Part shown: positions 39,725 through 49,579 of the stretch, piece by piece | Position numbering within the stretch: the first letter of the stretch is position 1 | Layout: every line of letters starts with the position of its first letter | Assembly (NCBI GenBank): GCA_036787895.1 | Contig: DAIQOK010000008.1 | Span: 1,679-65,678, forward strand | DNA length: 64,000 nucleotides | Direction of reading: 5' to 3' | Source of the DNA: Bacteroidota bacterium | GTDB taxonomy: Bacteria; Bacteroidota; Bacteroidia; UBA7662 | Notes under the pieces: generated by a model | The model's database searches: none | The model's input: only the letters and a program-made list of their open reading frames with translations | Told to the model about the DNA's origin: nothing | Position numbers and translations under genes: made by a program

Positions 39725-41639
39725 TGATGGTGCCTAATTGGTTGGCAAGATTGATTTTAATTTCCTCCAGCTTGAGGTGCTCCTGAAGGTATTCTTCTTC
39801 CATTTCAGGAGTGAGCTCATGGGCATGTTTAAACCTGGCCCGGCTTTCTTCAAGCAATTTGTGAATCTTTTTGAGATTTATACGACACACAGCTGAAATG
39901 ACATCGTTTTCAATGTTGTTTTCAATTTTTACAATGAAAATATCATGTTTGGCGAGCCAGTTATCACTAATGACATAATGTTTTGAATAGATATCGGCTG
40001 CAGCGCTTTTGATTTCTTGGTCGGGGTGATTGATGAGCTGATGAATATCCGGTACGGCCTGGTAACCCTTCCAGCCTTCGTGATAGATACCAAATATTTT
40101 CCCGTAAGCCGGATTATCCCAGGCAATCTCATCCAACTGTTCAGTGATATAGGCAACCACAGCACGATCGGTTGATGCCATTTTTTGGTCGGCATATAAC
40201 AAAAGTAACCGAATAATGTCGGCTTCCTGGTTGCTATCGTCGAGTATCCTGGTTTTGGGTTCAGTCGTGGGACTATACAAATCCTGCAGCTGGTCCACCG
40301 CATTCCGGTCTTCCGGACTAACTTTTTTGAGTTTGTTGAGACGATGTTTGTTAATCTCTGAGACCAAGGTCTGTTCCTCGATGTGTAACAAACCGGCTGT
40401 ATGCGTACTGTAAGTGGCCCGTAAAATGGGGTCGCTTACCCTGGCTATGCTTTCAGCAATATCATGAATCGCCTGGGCACGGGAAACAGGGTCATTTTCA
40501 GTGCCTTCGAATAATAAATCGGCCTTAAAGTGGATAAAATCCTTTACTTCGGTTTGCAGATAATCCTGAAAACCTTGTGGACCTAATTTTCTGCTTTGTG
40601 AATCGGGATCTTCGCCGTCGGGCATCAATACCACCTTAACATTAAGATCGTGCTCGAGTAAGATATCTATACCTCTCAGCGATGCTTTAATTCCGGCAGC
40701 ATCACCATCATATAGAACTGTCACATTTTTACTGAAACGACGGATTAATCGGGCTTGCTCCTGGGTAAGCGAAGTGCCTGAACTGGCCACTACATTTTCG
40801 ATACCGGCTTGGTGCAGACTGATAACATCGGTATAACCTTCTACTAAATAGGTGTTTTCTGCTTTCTGTATTGCCTTTTTAGCTTGAAACAAGCCATATA
40901 GGGTTTCGCTCTTTTTATAGAGCAGGGTTTCGGGCGAATTGAGGTATTTGGCCTCTTTTTTATCGTTTTTGAGGGTGCGGCCGCCAAAACCGACTACTTT
41001 TCCGCTAAGATTATAAAATGGGAAAAGCACACGTCCCCGGAAACGATCGGCCAGACCACCATGTTCACGCTGACTGGCCAGTCCTGCGGCGACAATTTCA
41101 GCTTCGGTGAAATTACTCGATTTGGCAAAATCACTAAAGGCAGTCAGGCTGTCGGGAGCGAAGCCGAGTCCAAAAAGTTGCACACTGGCATCCGTTATTC
41201 CTCTTTCCTTGAAATAACTCATACCAATGGCTAGTCCGTCATCACTTTGTAGGTATTGAACAAAATAACTCTGAGCAAAGGCATGCAATTGATAAAGTCG
41301 GTCTCTTTCACTTTGCGCTTGTTGCTGCTCCGGGCTGGGCAGGCTTAAGTCCTCTTCTACCTCAATGTTATAGCGTTGCGCCAAGGCCCTGATGGCATCG
41401 GGATAGCTGAGGTGCTCGTGCGCCATCAAAAAGCCGACGCTATTGCCCGCCTCCCCGCAACCAAAACATTTGTACATGCCCCGGCTTGGGTTTACGTTAA
41501 ACGACGGCGTTTTTTCATTATGAAAAGGGCAAAGGCCCAGGTAGTTGATGCCCCGTTTTTTGAGCGTCACAAAATCGCCTACCACCTCCTCAATCCGGGC
41601 GGATTCCATTACGCGGTCGATGGTAGTACGGCTGATCAT
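39714..41639 (-). CDS. dnaG: DNA primase
   Basis: Zinc-binding CPFHNEKTPSF ... CFGCG. TOPRIM EGYTDV ... DGDAAG. Confidence 0.9.
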   Translation of the reverse strand: MISRTTIDRVMESARIEEVVGDFVTLKKRGINYLGLCPFHNEKTPSFNVNPSRGMYKCFGCGEAGNSVGFLMAHEHLSYPDAIRALAQRYNIEVEEDLSLPSPEQQQAQSERDRLYQLHAFAQSYFVQYLQSDDGLAIGMSYFKERGITDASVQLFGLGFAPDSLTAFSDFAKSSNFTEAEIVAAGLASQREHGGLADRFRGRVLFPFYNLSGKVVGFGGRTLKNDKKEAKYLNSPETLLYKKSETLYGLFQAKKAIQKAENTYLVEGYTDVISLHQAGIENVVASSGTSLTQEQARLIRRFSKNVTVLYDGDAAGIKASLRGIDILLEHDLNVKVVLMPDGEDPDSQSRKLGPQGFQDYLQTEVKDFIHFKADLLFEGTENDPVSRAQAIHDIAESIARVSDPILRATYSTHTAGLLHIEEQTLVSEINKHRLNKLKKVSPEDRNAVDQLQDLYSPTTEPKTRILDDSNQEADIIRLLLLYADQKMASTDRAVVAYITEQLDEIAWDNPAYGKIFGIYHEGWKGYQAVPDIHQLINHPDQEIKSAAADIYSKHYVISDNWLAKHDIFIVKIENNIENDVISAVCRINLKKIHKLLEESRARFKHAHELTPEMEEEYLQEHLKLEEIKINLANQLGTIITR

Positions 41640-41707
41640 GAACCTTCAAAAATGCGATTTTTCCTGCATTATTTTGTCTGAATAGCGCTGCGTTTTTCAC
41701 GGCATCA

Positions 41708-42121
41708 GTGGCAAAATATCTTCTTTATCTTTGTTCCATGGCTCCTCCGATAAATTCTGGTTACTTAAAACATTACGTTTTTTTGCTCATCATATTTGGC
41801 GCGCTGCTGCATCAATTCCCCGTATTTGCGCATGCGGATACCTCGACTGCATCAGCCCAAACGGCTGCAATAAATCGTCCAATGCCAAAATTTAACCTAT
41901 TAGACGGCTTACTTCGTTTTTACCAACGTTATTTGAGCCCACAAATCCAGGCCGATTGTTTGTACCATCCCAGTTGCTCCCGGTTTACAAGAAAAAAACT
42001 AAAGGAAGCTGGCGTGATTGGATTTTTTGTAGGATTAGATCAGTTTATTCATTGCACAGCAGGAATGGAGCTGGACTATCCGCCAAATCAACGAATAGCT
42101 GGAAAGGTAATCAGTGATTAG
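41708..42121 (+). CDS. yidD: Membrane protein insertion efficiency factor YidD (with an N-terminal extension; true start may be an internal Met)
   Basis: LLRFYQRYLSPQIQADCLYHPSCSRF matches the YidD/PF01809 core. The family is normally 70-85 aa. Confidence 0.7.
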   Translation: MAKYLLYLCSMAPPINSGYLKHYVFLLIIFGALLHQFPVFAHADTSTASAQTAAINRPMPKFNLLDGLLRFYQRYLSPQIQADCLYHPSCSRFTRKKLKEAGVIGFFVGLDQFIHCTAGMELDYPPNQRIAGKVISD

Positions 42122-42881
42122 GGTGTTTTTTTGGTTATTTCTGTGTCTTTTTCAAACACTGCCGTCGAATGCACAGAACCTGGATACCAGCTTTTACAGG
42201 CATTTGGAAACCCATCAGCTGTCACGGGAACAAAATGTCTGGTGGCAATCGAACAATATTGGCAAGCATGACCTGCCCGACAGCTATGCCAGGTTTTTGC
42301 TTCAGGCGGCCTCTTTAACTCCTTTTTTAGCATTAATGCAGGCATTTCCTGATTTAAAACAGGATAGTTGTCTCACTGAAAAGGCGTCACAGCAATTTAT
42401 CTTAGCAGATGATTCGATAAGGCAGTACTGGTTTACTTCATTACAAAGGAGCAGCTACAATGGTCAAACCGCACAATTGTACCGGTTGGCAGAACAGCAA
42501 AATACCTTATGGTCGCCGACTTTTGACAGTAGGATATATCCTGCATTTCAGCATATGCGAAGAGCGCAGCAGAAAAATTTGGCTGTAGCTGTTGGTTTTG
42601 ATTTGGTAATTCCAGGTGCTGGAAAGGCTTATCTCGGCATGCCGCGACATGGTCTGCAAACGGCATTTTTAATGGCACTATTGGGATGGGCGAGTGCCGA
42701 AAGCATCCAGAAATACGGTTGGACATCGGCTTGGAGCATAGTAAATGTATCGGCCTTAGGTACAGTTTATCTGTCGAATATATTTGGGACCGCCTACCAC
42801 CACAAGACTAGGAAAGCAAGTTTTAAGCGTAATTATTACCATGAAGTTCAAAAATATACTTCTTTGTATTCTTGTTTTTGA
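42114..42881 (+). CDS. Hypothetical membrane protein, DUF5683-like (tentative)
   Basis: LVIPGAGKAYLGMPRHGLQTAFLMALLG motif. Paralogous to the next gene. Confidence 0.45.
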   Translation: MIRVFFWLFLCLFQTLPSNAQNLDTSFYRHLETHQLSREQNVWWQSNNIGKHDLPDSYARFLLQAASLTPFLALMQAFPDLKQDSCLTEKASQQFILADDSIRQYWFTSLQRSSYNGQTAQLYRLAEQQNTLWSPTFDSRIYPAFQHMRRAQQKNLAVAVGFDLVIPGAGKAYLGMPRHGLQTAFLMALLGWASAESIQKYGWTSAWSIVNVSALGTVYLSNIFGTAYHHKTRKASFKRNYYHEVQKYTSLYSCF

Positions 42882-43662
42882 TGTTTTTGCCCTTAAGCTC
42901 CAAGGGCAAACATTTAACGAGGATTTATTGCGGCTTGAGTATGACGTATGGCAGGCCAAAGATGCTAAATCTCAAAATGAAGCGCTATTGATTAAGTTGA
43001 GCTATCAACTAAACAAGGATACCAGTTCCTCTGACATCTTACAGACATTCAATCGATTGAATTGGAAGTTGTTAGAACCAATTCAACAGTTGCAGCTCCT
43101 AAAAAACCGAACAGTTTTTCACTACAAAAACAAAGAATGGGAAGCAGCAGCACAAAGTTTTTATGAATATATGTCGCTGAAGCCGAGACCGACAAGGGTG
43201 GATTCTATGCAATATTATTTCTTAAATAGCTTAGCCTTAGGCGATTTTTCCACTGATACAGGCTGGTTGAATTTAGCGAGCGAAGGCTCGATAAATGACT
43301 GTTTTGAATGTTTAAAAGAGACAGTCAAAGCTTTAAATCCACCTCAATGGCCAAAATACCTAAACTATTTAATACCCGGAAGTGGCATGATGACTTATGG
43401 GCAATGGGCTACCGGAGCTGGAAGTTTACTATTAAATGCCATGGGTGTAACGGGAGGCTTAGCTCTTATATCAGCTGCTCTTCCGGTGAATGCTTTGGTT
43501 TGGGCCGGATCATGGGAAATATTATTTTATGGTGGAAGTCATCGCGCCTTGTCGAATTATCAATTGTTTCACGAAACACAAAAAAAAGCGGGCCTGAACC
43601 AAATATGTCAAGCCCGCTGGGAAGAATGGATTCAAACTTTGGTGTATGAACCTTTTATTTAA
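42841..43662 (+). CDS. Hypothetical membrane protein, DUF5683-like (tentative), paralog of the previous gene
   Basis: Signal peptide MKFKNILLCILVF. YLIPGSGMMTYGQWATGAGSLLLNAMG motif. Confidence 0.45.
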   Translation: MKFKNILLCILVFDVFALKLQGQTFNEDLLRLEYDVWQAKDAKSQNEALLIKLSYQLNKDTSSSDILQTFNRLNWKLLEPIQQLQLLKNRTVFHYKNKEWEAAAQSFYEYMSLKPRPTRVDSMQYYFLNSLALGDFSTDTGWLNLASEGSINDCFECLKETVKALNPPQWPKYLNYLIPGSGMMTYGQWATGAGSLLLNAMGVTGGLALISAALPVNALVWAGSWEILFYGGSHRALSNYQLFHETQKKAGLNQICQARWEEWIQTLVYEPFI

Positions 43663-45355
43663 TGCTGGAGGTTCCCAATTGAAGGATGGTATATTTATAA
43701 GCACCGAAATCTCCAAAGTTGGTCAGCACGCCAATTGGGAAACAAATCATCGTCATACAACGAATAACTTTACCACCCCCTGTTCTTTTTAGGTCGTTGT
43801 TAACAGCGTACATCCGATTACTCAGGACGCTGATATCGGTAGCACCAAAGTCCTTTTTTTCTGCACGCGCTATGCCCGGACGATTGATTTCGTAAAGTGT
43901 AGTTTTAAATGTTCCATTATCCTTGTCCATTATGGCATATTCCAGCACATCACTTCTTTTAAACTGCTTGGCTTTTTCTGGAGCGAAGTGTTTTTTGATA
44001 TCAGGTTTGGTGCCGTAAGTGATGTAATAATTACTTTCGTCTTCAATTACATTCACATCAGAAATGTACCAGCCACTGTATTCATAGGTACGGTCGATGT
44101 TTTTTCCCCAGATGAGATTTCCTTCTTTGTCAAATCGGAAGACAGTTACATTACTTTTAAGGCAATAATAATTGGTGTAACAAGCACCTTTGGGAGGGCA
44201 TATGGTTATACTGTAGTTATTCATAATGGTCGTAAACAGTGTAATCTCGCCATTGTCGGCAATGCGATATTCTTCTATGACATAGTCGTTATTGATCTCA
44301 TCTGAATTGCCTGTTTTTTTATCCTTTTTAAGGTCTTTCGTGTCATTTTTGAACAAATCACGGAGGAAGTCAGTATCAAATTGTTCAAAATTGACGTTCG
44401 CAAGCGTTTTGTTTTCAATGTCGAGATTGGCCTGAAATAAACCATTTAGCTTCATGGTTCTTACCTTTTTCTGTTGTTCAATATTCATGAACATGCCCAC
44501 GAAGCTTACCTTTCCGTCTTTTTCCAATATTTTGAAATCGAAAATCTGTTTACCCTCAAATTTGAACGGATAATGGAAAGAATTTCCGGTTTCCACATTT
44601 GCATAAGTGTATAAATCAAAATAGTCGGTCAAATTTTTGCCTTTATCCTCTTTAATTCTGGTTTTGATGTGTAAGTTGCCATCATCACCGAATATGTAAT
44701 CTGATGTTAATCTTCTGTTGGATGGTTTAGCAGTGATGGGCAATTCAACTTTGACCAATCCCTCAAAGGAAAGATCAGACTTGAGAATTTTTGCTTCAAC
44801 TTTAACGCTTTCTCCTTCCTTTAAGCTTAATTCTGCACCTAACAAGATATTACCTCGCTGTTTTTCATTGGAAAGGATAAAAATTACAGGCTCACGCGTT
44901 TTACGTTCTTTAGATTTAGGATATTGCTGTATTTTTTTGAGTTTGCCAATAACTTTCAGATTCTGATCGAAGGATTGAACGTGTATCTCTTCCTGACTTT
45001 TAACGTCATTAATCCAAAAAACATAGATAACTTCTTCCTGTACATAAACACCTTTTAGATGCATACCCTTGGCGTCCTTGTTTTTGTTATTTCTCAAAAT
45101 GGCGCTACTGCTCAACTTGCCATTATCGTTGTTAATAGCATGTAAATAGAAGTCCGCACTTGAATAGCCATCTTTATATGATTTGTTAAGTATGTAGGTG
45201 AATTTCGAATTTCCCCCGCTGACACTTTCAAACAGACCTGCGTTTTTATTGTCGAAACGTACATTTTGGGACCATTTAAAGTCTAATTTTTGTGCAAATA
45301 GGTTGCTGCTAAGCAAAAGCAAGCCGAGCGTTAATCGTAGAAATTGTTTTATCAT
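43655..45355 (-). CDS. Hypothetical secreted protein (566 aa), Lys/Asn/Asp-rich, AT-rich coding
   Basis: Signal peptide. No recognisable motifs. Last gene of an AT-rich 3-gene operon. Confidence 0.5.
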   Translation of the reverse strand: MIKQFLRLTLGLLLLSSNLFAQKLDFKWSQNVRFDNKNAGLFESVSGGNSKFTYILNKSYKDGYSSADFYLHAINNDNGKLSSSAILRNNKNKDAKGMHLKGVYVQEEVIYVFWINDVKSQEEIHVQSFDQNLKVIGKLKKIQQYPKSKERKTREPVIFILSNEKQRGNILLGAELSLKEGESVKVEAKILKSDLSFEGLVKVELPITAKPSNRRLTSDYIFGDDGNLHIKTRIKEDKGKNLTDYFDLYTYANVETGNSFHYPFKFEGKQIFDFKILEKDGKVSFVGMFMNIEQQKKVRTMKLNGLFQANLDIENKTLANVNFEQFDTDFLRDLFKNDTKDLKKDKKTGNSDEINNDYVIEEYRIADNGEITLFTTIMNNYSITICPPKGACYTNYYCLKSNVTVFRFDKEGNLIWGKNIDRTYEYSGWYISDVNVIEDESNYYITYGTKPDIKKHFAPEKAKQFKRSDVLEYAIMDKDNGTFKTTLYEINRPGIARAEKKDFGATDISVLSNRMYAVNNDLKRTGGGKVIRCMTMICFPIGVLTNFGDFGAYKYTILQLGTSSIK

Positions 45356-45376
45356 AATGTTTGGTTTGATTCAATT

Positions 45377-46183
45377 TTAAAGACCTAAGCCAATATTGTA
45401 GTATAGTCGAATGCTGGGATAGGAAGTGTTGTCCTTGCTGCCCATTTGAATGTACTCACGGTAATAGTTACCGCTTTGGGGAGTTACAAATTCATAAACG
45501 TCGTAGGTTACTATGTTTAAGCTCAGACTTAAGCCAATTTCATTACTTAATTTAGGTTTTTTGAAATGAATAAATTGAAGGCCGTAGCGTACCCCGATTT
45601 CGTTCGAGCTTAAACTGGTTTGCCGACTGTCGGCCCTGATGATGCGGTCTTCACTATCATAACCTCCGGGCAAATCTAGTTTGGCACTACTGAAGCGATA
45701 AAATACCTGGATGGTCCTTAAAGCATTGTCGAAGGTGTCAGAATCATCAAAAAATTTAAGACCCAGACCAAAAGCGGGCCGGAATGCGTTTACAAAAGTT
45801 CCTCTTTGTAGCAGGTCAGACGGTAATTGTGAGTTATCAGAAAAATCAGCGATAAATTCTCTTACAATACCAGAGCCAAAGCCATTGCCTGCCCCAAATG
45901 TATTGATATTTCTGGTCTGCCCAACAAATAGCTCTAAACTCGAGCTTCGACCTATGGATTTTTCAAATGAAAAGAGTAACTGACCCCTTAACAACTCCAT
46001 TGGGTGAAATTTTAGAAGCATATTGAAGTCACCGGATAAGTTGCTGTTCGAACTGGTGACTGATGAATAAATCAAATTCAGACTGGCCGGAGGGGTGTAG
46101 TTGTTGTCTCTGGGGTCGTTTTGAGCATAAACTTGGAGTAAGCCACCTAGGGTGACCAGAATTAGCATAAGGATATTTTTCAT
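45377..46183 (-). CDS. Hypothetical outer membrane beta-barrel protein
   Basis: Signal peptide, alternating beta-strand pattern, C-terminal YNIGLGL. Confidence 0.5.
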   Translation of the reverse strand: MKNILMLILVTLGGLLQVYAQNDPRDNNYTPPASLNLIYSSVTSSNSNLSGDFNMLLKFHPMELLRGQLLFSFEKSIGRSSSLELFVGQTRNINTFGAGNGFGSGIVREFIADFSDNSQLPSDLLQRGTFVNAFRPAFGLGLKFFDDSDTFDNALRTIQVFYRFSSAKLDLPGGYDSEDRIIRADSRQTSLSSNEIGVRYGLQFIHFKKPKLSNEIGLSLSLNIVTYDVYEFVTPQSGNYYREYIQMGSKDNTSYPSIRLYYNIGLGL

Positions 46184-46185
46184 GT

Positions 46186-47811
46186 TTATTTTACTTTTAT
46201 CAATACTACCAAACCGGATATTTGCTTCACCATTTCTTCGGTTGTAGTCTGTATAGGGTATTGATGGTCGGGTAGACTGACTTTTTCTGATACCAATTCG
46301 ACGAGGTTGATGAGATAGCTGGACTTGATGGCATAGGACACATTGTCGCCTTTTTTGAATTTAGCATTGATTACTCCAATCAATTGCCCTTGCTGATCAA
46401 ACAACGGACCTCCACTGTTACCCGGTTGGGTAGGGACGGTGATTTGATAGCTGTTTATTTCTTGATTAAAACCGGTTTTTGAGCTTACTTTCCCATCGGC
46501 AAATTTGACTTCCTTCCCCATGCCGCCTAAAGCAAAGGGATACCCGAGAGTAAAAACACTGCTACCTACTTCTGCCAGCCCACCCGTTTTGAAACGATAA
46601 AGTAACTTAGGTAAATGAACAAAGTTAGGATCATCAATTTGAATGATGGCCAAATCGTTGGCTTTGTCGACTGTAAGTACCTTCGCATTATAATTTACCG
46701 GCGAGCCATTGCGCATCATTTCAACCACAAGTTGCTGGCTGTTTTCAACCACATGGTAATTGGTAGCTAATATTCCATTTGAACTTAAAAAGAATCCTGT
46801 ACCAGTCGATTTGATATTTTGGTCACCTGAATGGCTTGCGTTACCGGTACCGAATTCTTTCCAGGTTATTTTATGAGCTACTATTTGTTGCATATCACCT
46901 GCCAGGAAACCAAATTTATCACCGGCAAAAGAGAGTTCTTTGCGGAAAACCATCTCTCCATTAATAGAAAAAATGGTCTTATCCCCGGTAGCAATGACTT
47001 TAAATGTGTTTTTTTCAGCAGGTTTTATGGCGCCGGCATATGAGCCGTCGCTAAACTCAATTTTTAATCCTTCGATGACGGTTCCGAGATAAAAATAATT
47101 ATCCTTCACCAGGAAATAGGTGAAATTCTCCCAGTCTTTAAAGCCCAAAATCAGCCCGTATTTGCCTTTTTTTTCGCTTATATTTTCCACTTCTGCTTCA
47201 AATGAAAATATATCACCACTTTTCGGGAAGGCAATAAATCGCGAAGTCCCTTCTTTGGTCAAGGCCTTGAGCTCTAATTTTTTATTAGAAATACGGGCAA
47301 AAGAAACCGCGCTTTTATACAGGTCCCAGTCGTTGTAATTATCATCGAAGTTTTCTTCCAGTATATTCGACTTTTGTCCTGTCTCACTGTATTCGTAATA
47401 AGGCCCTCTGGCTATTTGCCCTGCCTGAAAATTGATTTCTTTTTTAATTTTGCCATTCTCATAATAGGTTTCCTCCATACCATCCTGAAGACCGTTAGCA
47501 GCATACCTTTTCACCATTTTACGATTGCCATTTTTGTAGTACCAGCTGCATGTGCCTTGAAACAGATTATTACTTTCATCCAGATTGTCTGTTTTTAGGA
47601 TTTTACCTTCAAAGTACAAGGCGTCACCGTTGATATAATAGGCACGATAGTTCCCATCACTGTCTGCCATGGCTTTTCTGTAGTAAAGAGCTAAATTTTC
47701 GGTGCATTTACGTCCGTTCCGGTCGAAAGTAATGCGTTCCTGCCCATAGGAGTATATGCCATTGAACAGCAGTAAAAACAGAAGTATGTAACGCATGAGC
47801 TTTTTAATCAT
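46186..47811 (-). CDS. Secreted trypsin-like (S1) serine protease with N-terminal MORN/YwqK-type repeats
   Basis: Catalytic triad contexts NYHVV (His), NDLAII (Asp), GNSGGPLF (Ser). N-terminal YxxNGxxK repeat units. No PDZ domain. Confidence 0.75.
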   Translation of the reverse strand: MIKKLMRYILLFLLLFNGIYSYGQERITFDRNGRKCTENLALYYRKAMADSDGNYRAYYINGDALYFEGKILKTDNLDESNNLFQGTCSWYYKNGNRKMVKRYAANGLQDGMEETYYENGKIKKEINFQAGQIARGPYYEYSETGQKSNILEENFDDNYNDWDLYKSAVSFARISNKKLELKALTKEGTSRFIAFPKSGDIFSFEAEVENISEKKGKYGLILGFKDWENFTYFLVKDNYFYLGTVIEGLKIEFSDGSYAGAIKPAEKNTFKVIATGDKTIFSINGEMVFRKELSFAGDKFGFLAGDMQQIVAHKITWKEFGTGNASHSGDQNIKSTGTGFFLSSNGILATNYHVVENSQQLVVEMMRNGSPVNYNAKVLTVDKANDLAIIQIDDPNFVHLPKLLYRFKTGGLAEVGSSVFTLGYPFALGGMGKEVKFADGKVSSKTGFNQEINSYQITVPTQPGNSGGPLFDQQGQLIGVINAKFKKGDNVSYAIKSSYLINLVELVSEKVSLPDHQYPIQTTTEEMVKQISGLVVLIKVK

Positions 47812-47980
47812 CTATTCGGTTTTAGTTTGGCGTGCAAGATAAAAGTCGCTCTGTTAATAAAGAATAAATTTTACCCTGAATTTGGTATGCAAGTCTTCGG
47901 ATTGCGGGCCTTTATACTCCTGCCTTTTGCTTAAATCGTAACTAAAAAAGCTATCTTTGACGCGCAATAAGCAGTTTTAT

Positions 47981-49126
47981 ATGAAATTCGGAACCAAAGC
48001 CATACATGCCGGCGTGCACCCTGATCCAACTACCGGGGCTATCATGACACCTATTTATCAAACGTCGACCTATGTCCAGGAATCGCCGGGAAATCACAAG
48101 GGTTATGCTTATGCCCGGGGTAAAAATCCAACACGTACCCAGCTGGAAGCTAATATTGCGGCTTTGGAAAATGCCAAACATGGGCTCTGTTTTGCAAGTG
48201 GTATGGGTGCCATCGACGCCGTTATCAAAATGCTGAAACCAGGCGATGAAGTCATTACAGGAGATGATATTTACGGTGGTTCTTACCGCATTTTTACCAA
48301 AATATACCTCGATTTTGGCATCAAATTTCATTTTATCAATCTCTACGACGCGGATAATGTCAAAAAATACCTGAACACCAATACCCGCCTGATCTGGGCT
48401 GAAACACCCACCAATCCTACCATGAAAATTGTGGATATAGCTGCTATCGCGGCTATCGCGAAGCAGGCCGGTGTCGCATTTGCGGTCGACAATACCTTCG
48501 CATCACCTTATCTCCAGAATCCACTCGACTTAGGCGCCGATTTGGTTATGCACTCTGCAACAAAATACCTGGGTGGACACAGTGATGTGGTGATGGGGGC
48601 CTTGTGTACCAACGATACTGCCATGTTCGAAAAACTGGCTTTTATCTTAAACAGCTGTGGTGCAAATCCAGGTCCTCAGGATTGTTTTTTGGTACTTCGT
48701 GGCATTAAAACCTTGCATTTACGTATGAAAGCACATTGCGAAAACGGCAAGGCAGTAGCGCATTATTTGCGGCAACATCCTAAAGTTGGCTTGGTAAACT
48801 GGCCGGGTTTCGAAGATCATCCGGGTCATGTTATAGCCAAAAAGCAGATGTTAGACTTTGGTGGAATGTTATCCTTTACACTTAAAAGCGGTAATTACGA
48901 TCATGCCATGCAGTTGGCTTCTTCTATGGAAATCTTCAGCCTGGCCGAATCACTGGGTGGCGTTGAATCGCTTGTCGGTCATCCTGCCAGTATGACGCAT
49001 GCCAGTATTCCGCGCGAGGAGCGACTGAAAGCCGGCGTTGAAGATGGATTATTACGCTTGAGTGTTGGCGTAGAAGATGTGGAAGACCTGATTGCCGACC
49101 TGGAACAAGCGCTTGCTAAAATCTAG
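47981..49126 (+). CDS. Cys/Met metabolism PLP-dependent enzyme (cystathionine gamma-synthase/beta-lyase/gamma-lyase family)
   Basis: Pyridoxal-lysine context SATKYLGGHSD. Full-length alignment to the MetB/MetC family. Start at the internal Met MKFGTKAIHAG. Confidence 0.85.
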   Translation: MKFGTKAIHAGVHPDPTTGAIMTPIYQTSTYVQESPGNHKGYAYARGKNPTRTQLEANIAALENAKHGLCFASGMGAIDAVIKMLKPGDEVITGDDIYGGSYRIFTKIYLDFGIKFHFINLYDADNVKKYLNTNTRLIWAETPTNPTMKIVDIAAIAAIAKQAGVAFAVDNTFASPYLQNPLDLGADLVMHSATKYLGGHSDVVMGALCTNDTAMFEKLAFILNSCGANPGPQDCFLVLRGIKTLHLRMKAHCENGKAVAHYLRQHPKVGLVNWPGFEDHPGHVIAKKQMLDFGGMLSFTLKSGNYDHAMQLASSMEIFSLAESLGGVESLVGHPASMTHASIPREERLKAGVEDGLLRLSVGVEDVEDLIADLEQALAKI

Positions 49127-49524
49127 TTCGGCAATACGTTGAGTAAGTCGAGCTTCTCATAGGCCATCGAAAAACCACATTGGAAGTAGTCGAGCCGTTT
49201 ACGATAGCGCAGACGAACCATGCTGTCTTCGATTTTTAACGAATCGGGTAGGCCGATAATGTGGTAAGTCGTGCCCGAAAGTTGAGCCACCCAGTCGCAA
49301 CCATCGGCCGCAGGATCGCCAAAGTAGGTGATTCTGAAAACACCGGTTTCCGGACAGGCGCCTGCGGTGTAGTTCATCTTTTGACAGTCGGCCTCACATG
49401 GGCTGGAGTAGGTTTTACCGTCATCGCCACAAACCGGAGAGTAGATGGCGGGGCAGATACAGCCTTCATCCCGATAACAGCTCATCGCAAAAAGGCCAAT
49501 AAAAAAAAGGATGGTCACTTTCAT
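49123..49524 (-). CDS. Kazal-type serine protease inhibitor domain lipoprotein
   Basis: Leader with a lipobox-like LFAMSC. CICPAIYSPVCGDDGKTYSSPCEADC matches the Kazal consensus (C..PVCG.DG.TY.N.C...C). Confidence 0.6.
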   Translation of the reverse strand: MKVTILFFIGLFAMSCYRDEGCICPAIYSPVCGDDGKTYSSPCEADCQKMNYTAGACPETGVFRITYFGDPAADGCDWVAQLSGTTYHIIGLPDSLKIEDSMVRLRYRKRLDYFQCGFSMAYEKLDLLNVLPN

Positions 49525-49579
49525 AGTCGAAATTTAAACAAAAATAATTAACGACCATTGGGTGTAAAGCACTGAATAA

